In this document: one piece after another, positions 39,817-64,000 of the stretch
Layout of the letters: every line of letters starts with the position of its first letter
How positions within the stretch are numbered: the first letter of the stretch is position 1
Notes under the pieces: generated by a model
Told to the model about the DNA's origin: nothing
The model's database searches: none
The model's input: the letters and a program-made list of their open reading frames with translations, nothing else
Assembly: GCA_903813345.2 (NCBI GenBank)
Contig: CAIIXF020000001.1
Coordinates: 7,626,001 to 7,690,000, forward strand
From: Owenia fusiformis
Taxonomy: Eukaryota
Reading direction: 5' to 3'
Length of the DNA stretch: 64,000 bases
Translations under genes and position numbers: made by a program

Positions 39817-42016
39817 GGACACTGCAACATACCAAAAAGTAACTATGATACTGATAGACACTAGTATAAATCCTTCTATTGATAAGATTAATAAAACTAT
39901 GATTTAAAAATGTGTGCAAAGTGAAACTAAAGGAACTATGAAACAGATATAGATAGTTGATATATGGAGTCTAACTGCACTCAGAAGCCAAAAGAAACCA
40001 CAAGTCAAGCCGTATCGACCATTTTTCTGTATATCTAAAAGATGGGTGTGACTCAAAACAAGCCTTTAACAGTGACAAAGGTGAAAAATAATAGTCATGT
40101 GAAACATTAGATATAGATGTAATTTTAAAATCATATATCACTTATTTGATTTACTCCTGCTACTGTGATATGTTGCAAAATATTCAATACAAGAAAAGTG
40201 GGCGTCGCCCATCACCACCCTTTAACGTAGCAATCGAAAATCAATGGTATTTCATATTTTTACTTCAACATTAACTTTTTAACATGATAAGATAATATTA
40301 AATTTGAAGTATGAGCATAATTTAGTAAAAAAAATTGTGTCAAATTTTTTTTAGCCCCCCCCCCCCCCTCCGTGACCATGGGGGGGGTAAGAATTGTAAA
40401 ATTAGGGTAGTTCCTATGAAGCGATTTTTTGGCACAGTTGCTTTATACAAAGAGTAGCTATCAGTGATCATTTGAGGAAAGTTTCACGATTTGTTCCGCA
40501 AACGGCGATTACTTTACACTATTTATCCCGCTATATCTAAAAGAATTAGAAATAAAATATGCTATTATAAATGATAATGAAAAGTTTGTGATATTAAAGT
40601 CAATTGTCATTTATCATGGGTCATGGTGTATAGCCTTACTTTTAAGATTGCACTTCTCTGTGCATACCTGCCATCTTTGACAGAGACTGGTTCTAACATC
40701 TGAATGAGCTCAAAAAGGCCAAACTGAAGCAAGACATAGCCATATTTTGGAAGATACCAAAATATTTGCTAGATACAGGGTGAGCCAAAAAAGGTAACCC
40801 AACCAATTGTTTGTTAATAACTTTGGTGATTCAGCATGGGTTTAAAATCATATTTGGCACAATTAAACCTTGTTCAATGTTCTTTCCTTCTAGTAAGACT
40901 CAATCTCTAATGGCGATGATTTTATGGCCATTTATCAAACATGCTCCAAATGCCGGAACGTTCCTTACTTACGATAAGCTTCCTGTATAAAAACAACATG
41001 GCGGATCCAGGCGAGTCAACTGGATCAGTCCATTTTTAAGAAATAAGGGGAGTTTTGTTAATTCCAGTTTATTGAAATCGTCTTGCAGATAAAATAATGA
41101 CTGTTTACAATGATTCTGTAAACTTTGAGAGAGTGAATTATCCAAAGGATGCATGTGCACCAGCCAATACGAATCCTAGTATTCATTTGTAGGACATTTC
41201 ATAACCCATGATGAGTAAATCTAAATATCAATTTTTCCCATTACACACAAATAAAAGATCATGAAACTTCACCCATAAAATGTGAAATTGATTTGTCAAA
41301 ATAAAAATCTCCTTTTCATAATCATGTGACGATCTATACTACACTATTGCTACATAAACAGGCAGAGGTCGTTACACCTACGACCTCAAACCTATATCCC
41401 CTATAGTGATTCCAGGATCGCGCCTTTTATGCTCATTGTTACGCCTTGTTGAAAACTTACTGGCCATCTCTAATTCTCCCTAAAGTCACACTTCCCTTTT
41501 AGAGCAACTATTGGTGTTATGAAAGCTGACATACTGATTACACATGGTGGAATCTTCATTAGGAACTTATCAACAAATCAATAGTTTTACTGTACATTTT
41601 ACAGTATATATTGTGTCTGTTTATTTACAAATCTTTATCAAATACATATATTTACTGTACATGAGTTCTCATTCTTGTAAGTTAAATTCCATGATTGAAT
41701 TCAGGCATAAAATGATGAAGAATATGTGAAAAATTGTCAGTTCTTAGTTTTTGATATTTCTATGTACATGATTACATGGAATATAAGAATAATAATATTC
41801 AATTGAGGAATGGTTTTGCCATCTGTTACTTTCTACTGTCCTTTTATTCAGATCACAGGTATATGTTAATATTGATCTAACTCAATGCTCAACATAACAA
41901 AAAGATTAAAAATAAATTTGGCATTGCAAACCTCTTTCCTTCTACAAAAGTCCCATCCAAAGTCCATCCAAATAGAAAAATAAATATACAGAATCGACTA
42001 TATTCAAGTAAAAGCA

Positions 42017-56499
<14,483 letters not shown>

Positions 56500-56755
56500 T
56501 TTGTAGAAATCGTGGAACAACGATGCCAAACTTCTTTTTGTTATTGCAATTTGGCGCGAAACTGGTCACGTGATTTAAAGAGCGGGCTTAAAAATATTGA
56601 GTTGACTTGTTTTTTTTCAAATAAGTTATTTATTACGTTTTTTAAAAAGGAAAAGAATATTAGTTTACTACTAAAAACATAATTTAAAGGTAACCAAATT
56701 AACTGGGTCTCGTGGGAGGGAGGATTGAAACCGGAAGCTGTAAGCCGGAAGCAGC
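56500..56755. promoter_or_regulatory. Putative bidirectional promoter between MCM3 and MTREX
   Basis: Divergent ATGs are separated by 256 bp. E2F site TTGGCGCGAAA at 56551-56561, E-box GTCACGTGA at 56565-56573, two ETS/GABP-type CCGGAAG at 56731 and 56745. Confidence 0.75.
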
Positions 56756-56895
56756 ATGTCAGGATTTGGAGACGAACTTTTTGACGTTTTTGAGGGCGAT
56801 TCAAGCACAGAAAAAGCCCAAGATGATGCAAAAACGAACCAGAATAAAACTTCAAAGAGTAATGAAGGATTGGATCAAACAGAAGCGGCACAAAA
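56756..56895 (+). CDS. MTREX: First coding exon of exosome RNA helicase MTR4 (MTREX/SKIV2L2); gene continues beyond the window
   Basis: MSGFGDELFDVFEGDS resembles the conserved metazoan MTR4 N-terminus (FGDELFSVFEGDS in human, recalled). Donor GTACGT at 56896. No second exon was recognised before 64000, so the call rests on one short motif. Confidence 0.78.
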
Positions 56896-57221
56896 GTACG
56901 TAAAAAGCTCTGATTTTGTACATCGACGATTTTTCATTTTCAAATTTGTTTCGAAAATCGAAACAAAATGAAAACACACAGGTTGAGAACTATTTGGCCT
57001 ACTAAAATTGCACCATTGTTTTATTTCACAATCTGCAATAACATTGTCATTATCATATGCTTTTGTATCAATACCGGACATCTAAATTTTTCTATGGGCC
57101 AACCTCGAACCTGGAAGATCAATGGCCTTTTTATTTGATTTTTATTTACTGCATTCTCTGCCTTTGATAATAAGGGTCCATCCCCTAAGTTCAAGAAATT
57201 TTGAAGAATGACCAAATAATA

Positions 57222-58712
57222 CATAAGAGCGGTTCAAAGTAAAGTCCTAACAACTACCGCCCAATAAGTCTCACATGTATTACCTGCAAAATACTTGAAA
57301 GTATTATTAGAAGGCAACTGATTGAACACCTGTTCAAAAACAATCTCCTAAATACAGCCCAACATGGTTTCCTGGCAAATAAGTCCTGCACCACTAATCT
57401 CCTGGAAAAAGTTGAAGCATGGTCAAATCTACTAGATACAGGGGGCGCTACTGATGCTATTTATCTTGATTATGCCAAGCCGTTTGATTCCGTCCCCCAC
57501 CAAAGACTCCTACTCAAACTGGAAAGAAATTTTGGAATTACAGTGCTGGTATATATTAATTGATCAGTCGTTTAATTGGCATATTTTCTTGAATTTTAAC
57601 ATTTAATGTTCCAAACTCCCACAAACTGCAGAAAAGTATACCCCATAAATCATATTTACCAAAATGAGTGTCTCCAAGGCTTCACACCAGCGTATGTATA
57701 ATGCATTTGTCACGAGTTTGAGCTGAAATTTCGCCAAAATGGAGTAGGCTAAGGGTAGTCTCTGTCAGGTTTGTTTATTGTGGTAAGCTTGTAAGTGCTC
57801 AGAAGCAAATAATTCATGTGCGCAAAATAATCAAATAATCTGATTGGTCTAAACTTTGCTGCACATGCGCACAATGTGTGCCATGTTTTTTCTAGTGATT
57901 TCGTTTCGTTTCATGGAGTTTGCGTTTCAGTGTAACTTCCGCAAAAATGGCGGACCATGGACAGAATTAACAGGTAAAATCACTCCGAAATTTCAAGAGA
58001 ACTTTTTACCTATAATAGCAAAACTTTTGTTTTATTTGTGCATTCTATCTATCAGATAAGAGTCTCAGGGGTATGTAGGCAAATTCATTTTGATAGGAGC
58101 ACTCTTTTTAGTTTGAAAACGCACCCTTAATTATTATATATCAGCACTGTAGGGGTAAATCTCTGATGTGGCTCTCGCTTTACTACAGAGGGATATTGAC
58201 AATGTTCAAAAATGGACTCAAGATTGGCAATTAAAATTCAATACTAAAAATGTGGTGTATTACATATTGGAAGAAGTAACAGGAATTTCGACTACCTGAT
58301 GAAAGACAATAACTCAGACTAGAAATCTACAGTAAGACATAGTAATTGTGAAAGAGATCTTGGAGTTAATATGGATACAAATCTCAAATTCAGTAACCAT
58401 GTCAAAACCATAGCAAACAATGCAAACAAAGTGCTTGGAATGGTAAAAATATCATTTACATACTGGGACACTGATACATTTAAACTACTATTCAATGGCT
58501 TAGTCAGACCCAAACTTGAGTTTGCACAATCAGTGTGGAATCCCTACATGAAGAAGGATATAGAAGCCCTCGAGAAAATACAAAGAAGAGCAACGCATAT
58601 TGTTCCAACACTTAAAGCTCTACCCTACCCCCAGAGACAAGGCACTAGACCTTACAACACCTGCCTACAGACGACTATGCGGAGATATGATAGAGACGTT
58701 CAAATACATTAT
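57222..58712 (+). pseudogene. CR1-like LINE reverse transcriptase remnant, internally deleted and MITE-interrupted
   Basis: PNNYRPISLTCITCKILESII, QHGFLANKSCTTNLL, DAIYLDYAKPFDSVPHQRLLLKL, GIRGKSLMWL (across the MITE), DWQLKFN, ERDLGV, LVRPKLEFAQSVWNPY, LEKIQRRAT, GDMIETFK. The catalytic core is deleted. Confidence 0.9.
57541..58149. mobile_element. TA-TSD MITE (Tc1/mariner-like) inserted in the CR1 remnant
   Basis: TA|CAGTGCTGGTATATA ... TATATATCAGCACTG|TA. Removing it restores GGA ATT AGG GGT AAA (GIRGK) of the RT. Confidence 0.85.
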
Positions 58713-58827
58713 TATTGCTGGCGTACAAGTAGCCCCCAAGCTACGTTAGTTTTAAAAAGTATTAGAACTGTCATACAGGCAACGCTTGCCTTGGACGGAA
58801 AATTACTTATAAACTTATAAACATGAG

Positions 58828-61800
58828 CACCCTTGGTATACGCAGCTAACGAAAATTGACCGGTATGGGTCAAAAGCTGGACCGGTACGGGTTAACGGTT
58901 TTATTTGAATTTAAAACAGCCATAACTTGCTCAATATTGACTTCCTCGTGTCTAATTTGAAATATATGATGCCTCCCATCGCAGCTAAGAATTTCATCCT
59001 GCTTGCAGCGAGAAGACGGACCGGTTCGGGGCAATAGCTGATGAAATTTTTTGTCACAAAGTTTGGCATTTTTTATAAAATCAAACGCGCGTCATTGAAA
59101 CTCACAAGATGTAAATAGCATGTCATTTACATCATACCTTGATGGGGAAAAATAGATCTTATATGTTAGAAGTACTAAATATAGTATGTGAGCTAGCACC
59201 GAAAAATGTACCGGTGTCTGAACAAATTGAAATTACTTGTTTCTTATGTATTTTTATGTGATACTTCAGAAAATTTATGTCTGACGCGCCGTATCCGGGG
59301 CGAAAATGGTCAAAATGGGTTTTTTTACCCTAAAAAGGAAAATTACAGGGGGGTACATTATCATCATTGAATAATTAATTCAGTTGATCTTCAATCATTA
59401 TAATAATTTTATCGAGAGTTGATGAGATCATTCTGAGGTAGTATGCAAAGTTATAATGGTCTGACACTCATGGTTGTCATGGAAACCACAATTTTTGATG
59501 AGAAGATCCATAATTTTGGTAAAACCTGTACCTGCACCTAATATAGAATGTGGATTATTTTTCAAATCAACAGATATCAGAACATTTTAGCACTCTCAAA
59601 ATTACCAGGGCAGTTCAAACATTTATTTAAATATAAAGGATATTGCAATTAACATAACTGGTAAGTGTCAAAGACCATACAATTACATTAGGGATCAAAA
59701 GTGGGCGTCGCCCTTATAGTAGTAGATGATTGCCATTCTCTATAAATACAGAATTTTAGTTGACTTTTGAGATACATTTATAATGATGTTCTTTGGTTAT
59801 ACTTCATATCAAGCATTTTTGCTAAATAATGTACATCTAAGTGTTATACTTATTGCATGGGGGAGGGGGTAGATGGGGGGGGGGGGGGGGGGGTAACAGA
59901 ATTGAAAGAGGGCAGAGCTAATCACCCTTAAGTATAAATCTCATCTACATAGTTCTGGATTTCATGGGGTACATCGTCTGGGTCTTCTTCAAATTCATCT
60001 CAATATATAGGATATTATAATTCTGCATGATTGGTAAGTATAAAGACCATAGAATTACTCAATTGATCAAAAGTGGGCGTCGCCCTTATCAAAGTCGATG
60101 ATTCATTCTCTATAAATACAGTCTAACTTGACTTTTGAGATACATTTACATTACAACTTCTTTGATTATACTTAATATCAAGCATTTCTGGTAAGTAATG
60201 CACATCTAATTGTAATAGTTCTTGCCTGGGGGAGAGTGGGGGAGAGTAGTAACAGAATTGGGAGGGGCAGAGGTAATCAGCCTTAAGTATAAATCTCATC
60301 TGCATAGTTCTGGATTTCATGGGGTACATCATCTGGGTCTTCTTCATATTCATCTCAATATATGGGATATGACAATTTACATGATTTGTCAAACACCATA
60401 CAATTACATATCAATAAATGATCAAAAGGGGGTGTCATCCTAACAATAGTAGATGATTGGTTCTTTGTATAAATACAAAATTGAACTTGACTTTAGAGAT
60501 ACATTCATAGTTATACTGAACTGCTGTTATTTTAATTTATGTCAAGCATTTCTGGTAAATACATCTGTGTAAGTATTATAGTTTTAGTTTTTACATTGGG
60601 GCGGGGTGAGTAGTAACAGAATTAGAATGTGTAGATCTAATCTGCCTTAAGTATAAATCTCATCTTCTTAATTCTGGATTGCATAGGGTATATCTTCTGA
60701 TTCATCTCCTGGTGTTGCTATATCACCAATCTCTTATCTGAGAATATCAGTCAATACCCATTATAACGATGGAGTCATTTAGTTTCCATTCAAGTCCATC
60801 TGGTGGTTCAATATGAGGATTTGCAATATGGGCCATACAGACAATAAGTGCTTTATATGGATGAGATGGTTACAACAATCAGACGGTCCTTCATAAGACC
60901 AACTTAGGAATATTATCTAGAGATGAGATGAGTGTGACACCCATAATGACCTTGGAAAGGCACAAATATCAAGTACAGAAAAAGACATAAAGATGACAGA
61001 CACCGCAATCAAAGACTTTCTTGATCCATTTACCATTTTGAGGATGAAGGTCATCTCTACAGTCTATCACTATAAGGAGAATCTGTGCCAAATGATGTCG
61101 CTGTCATCTAATTTTAGTCAAAAGGAAAAATTGCATGAAGAGATACCATGTGAGATTAGTTGAAAAAAAGATTTCACGATATAATAAAACATATGAAATT
61201 GAAAACTAAAGCAGCAAACTACAGCAGCAACAGTGACAGTAAAAAGTACTCAGAACAAGCTTATAAGATGGTTCAAATTCATTCTGATTCTGAATGAAAC
61301 ATCTTTGAACAGCTTCGATCTTGCTTAGGAACATAAAATTAGCTTAGAATGTCTCCTGCAGTTCCTATTGAGCCCTGTGCCTTGGGCTCTAGGAACACTG
61401 ACTGGACTTCTTGCAAGAACAGAGAAACCCATTCCTATGCATGAATATGTACCCACAGGTGCCAAAGGGAAAGGGCCAAAATAGAACCCAGCAAGAAAAA
61501 GACAACTTCAAAATGTATACAAGTCATAATATAAGGAAAACAAACCCCAACTATCCCAAACCATAATTCAACTTGAAAGCTAGTTTTGTTTCAGGATCTG
61601 GCGGAGACTATTTTCAAGATTCTACAATTGCAGATTGATTAGTTTTTGTATGTGATAATTACATCAACAATTTTATAAAGGAACCTGAAAGAGGGGAGGG
61701 ACTGCCCTATTTAAGGTAAAAAAAACAAGAATCCCTAAAGATTGGAATGAGTTCTTGTATGATGATGAAAACAAAAAGCAAATACAGCTAAGTGTGCTGC

Positions 61801-63567
61801 TGGATACTTGCGTTGGAAACAAATGAAGACTGATGTCAGTGGTATTTCCTCCAATATAGACCCTGACATATATGCAGCCTTCCTAGCACTTTACACATTC
61901 ACAGATGAAGTGTCATGCAGAAAGGGCAATAGCAAGAGCACCTTTTTGAAAGGCAAAGGTGGAGCGCCATATAGACACATTCAACTGAATGATTCTCAAA
62001 TCTGCAAGTGTAGTGGTATATTCTTCCATATGATATTGTTAATATATTAACATCAGGAGGTGAATGAAAATGATCAGACTATGATATTAATACTTAAGAC
62101 TGACTGGCCATTGGCTCTGCCCCCTTCCATTTCTGCTACTACCCCCCTTGGCCCCCCCCCAGGGAATAACTATTACAATATTAAGTGTAATCAAAGAAGT
62201 TTTAATGTAAAAAATTAGCTCTGCCCATTTCCAATTCTGTTACTCCCCCCCTCCTCCACCCCCAGGCAATAACTATTACAATTAGATATATATAACTTAC
62301 CAGAAATGCTTGACATTAAGTATAAATCAAAGATGTTTTTAAGTAAATATACTTCCAAAGTCAAGTTAAACTCTGTATTTATAGAGAATGAACCATATAC
62401 TATGATTAGGGCGACGCCCTCTTTTGATCACATGTTTTATTCTATGGTCTTTGACACTTACCAACCATGTAAATTCTAATATCTTCTATATTGAGATGAA
62501 TATAATAAGACCAAGAAGATGTACCCTATGAAATCTAGAACCATGAAGATGAGATTTATACTTAAGACTGATAAGCTCTGCCCCCTCCCAATTCTGTTAC
62601 TAGCCCCCCCCCCCCTCCCCCTCCCCCTGTATCCCCATGCAATAACTATAACACTTAGATGTTAAAATGCTTGATATTAAGTATAACCAAAGAAGTTCAA
62701 TATAAATGTATCTCAAAAGTCAAGTAAAACTCTGTATTTATAGAGAATGGCAATCAACTACTATTATGAGGGCGACGCCCACTTTTGACCACTTATGTAA
62801 TTGTATGGTCTTTGACACTTACCAGTCACATAAATTGCAATATTCTTTCACTTTAAACAAATGTTTGGACAGCCCTGGTGATTTTTAGAGTGCTAAAATG
62901 TTCTAATATCTGTTGATATAAAAAATAATCCATATTCTATATTATGTACAGGTACAGGTTTTACCAAAATTAAGGATTTTCTAAGCAAAAATTGTGGTTT
63001 CCATGGCAACCATTAGTGACAGACCGTTGAAACTTTATATACTACCTCAGAATGATCTCATCAAGTCTCAATAAAATTATAATGATGATTGAAGATCAAC
63101 TGAATGAATAATTCAATGATGATAATGTACCCCCTGTAATTTTCCTTTTTAGGGTCAAAAACCCAATTTTGACAAATTTCGCCCCGGATACAGCGCGTCA
63201 GACAAAAAGTTTCTGAAGTATCACATAAAAATACATAAGAAACAAGTAATTTCAATTTGTTCAGAAGCCGGTACATTTTTCAGTGCTAGCTCACATACTA
63301 ATAAAAGTTATCGTGAAAATGAGACAGTCGTTCTTGAGAGAAAAGAGCATAAATGCGCATTTAGAGAGTTTTGGTCCGTTTAAAAATCTGTAAAAAATTG
63401 GGGTACTTAAAAGCATCGGGAGGCATCATATATTTCAAATTAGACACGAGGAAGTCAATATTGAGCAACTTATGGCTATTTAAAATTCAAATAAAACCGT
63501 TAACCCGTACCAGTCCAGCTTTTGACCCGTACCGGTCAATTTTCGTTAGCTGCGTATACCAAGGGTG
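58828..63567. mobile_element. Non-autonomous DNA transposon, CAC..GTG ends, 5-bp TSD ATGAG (Transib/RAG-type signature), family C; about 620 bp without its nested insert
   Basis: ATGAG|CACCCTTGGTATACGCAGCTAACGAAAATTGACCGG ... CCGGTCAATTTTCGTTAGCTGCGTATACCAAGGGTG|ATGAG. TIRs of about 150 bp. Confidence 0.88.
59182..63300 (+). mobile_element. Decayed Academ (XPG-type) transposon 2 with kilobase-long inverted arms, nested in family C
   Basis: ATA|TAGTATGTGAGCTAGCAC ... GTGCTAGCTCACATACTA|ATA. Arms at about 59182-60710 and 62085-63300 are built from units of about 360-370 bp. The centre (about 60770-62020) has remnants AIKDFLDPF, FHDIIKHMKLKT, LLSPVPWALGTLTGLLARTEK, FVCDNYINNFIKEPER, IPKDWNEFLYDDENKK, AFLALYTFT, in the same order as the motifs of element 1. 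Confidence 0.82.
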
Positions 63568-64000
63568 ATGAGAGAAAGATAGAACAATTCAAGTTTGCGA
63601 TGATATAATACTTATTACAATAAAAAATTGTGAAAATGATGCATTTTGTGATTTAATGAATCTTCCCATGGAGGATTGGAAGCGATAGTTCCAACTTGAT
63701 ATTCTTTAATCTCCAAGTAGTGCGATGTTGCCTATCGTGCCTGTACGTTTCTACGGCTACATAAAGAATGAACGATATTCTCCAACAAAGCTGGCATCAT
63801 TGGTTGAGAGTTTAAGCTAGCGATATTTTTCACAATGCAACAGTGAATGCAAAGCCAATGAATTAATACAGTAACGTATATAGCACGCATACAAAACAAG
63901 CGCTACTTAGTCTACTTCAGATACCTGATCAGTTTCAGATCTGTGTTTAGAACGGGAGATTTGCAATTTCACGTTGGTGGCAACGGGAATCAACAATATC

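Larger units (their letters stand above)
36020..40533 (+). mobile_element. Decayed Academ (XPG-type, AcademX) DNA transposon 1
   Basis: TAT|TAGCGAGATAAATAGTG ... CACTATTTATCCCGCTA|TAT (TAG..CTA ends, 3-bp TSD), imperfect subterminal inverted repeats of about 170 bp, and an internal transposase + XPG + Cys-rich remnant. Confidence 0.88.

Noticed and set aside
58713-58827. Possible left end of another element following the CR1 remnant
   Set aside because: No matching right end or TSD is visible within the window.

Overview
AT-rich, intron-rich animal genomic DNA, probably from a marine invertebrate such as a lophotrochozoan (inference from composition and repeat types). I reconstructed three conserved genes by hand from GT-AG boundaries and reading-frame continuity. 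EXOC3/Sec6 is on the + strand (22 coding exons, 4526-35708, 740 aa). MCM3 is on the - strand (18 coding exons, 56499-42017, 853 aa). The first coding exon of MTREX/MTR4 is on the + strand (56756-56895), head-to-head with MCM3 across a 256-bp interval with E2F, E-box and ETS motifs. EXOC3 intron 6 contains an intronless antisense 638-codon ORF that I do not recognise. Introns and intergenic DNA are dense with DNA transposons whose ends can be read directly: two decayed Academ (XPG-type) elements (TAG..CTA ends, 3-bp TSDs), three unrelated elements with CAC..GTG ends and perfect 5-bp TSDs (the Transib/RAG-type signature), a fourth CAC-ended element, Helentron-type HINEs, TA-TSD MITEs, a Mutator-like element, a CR1 LINE remnant, a family of covarying long hairpins, and several minisatellites. 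No rRNA, tRNA or CRISPR array was recognised. Family assignments rest on recalled motifs and end/TSD rules, not on database searches.
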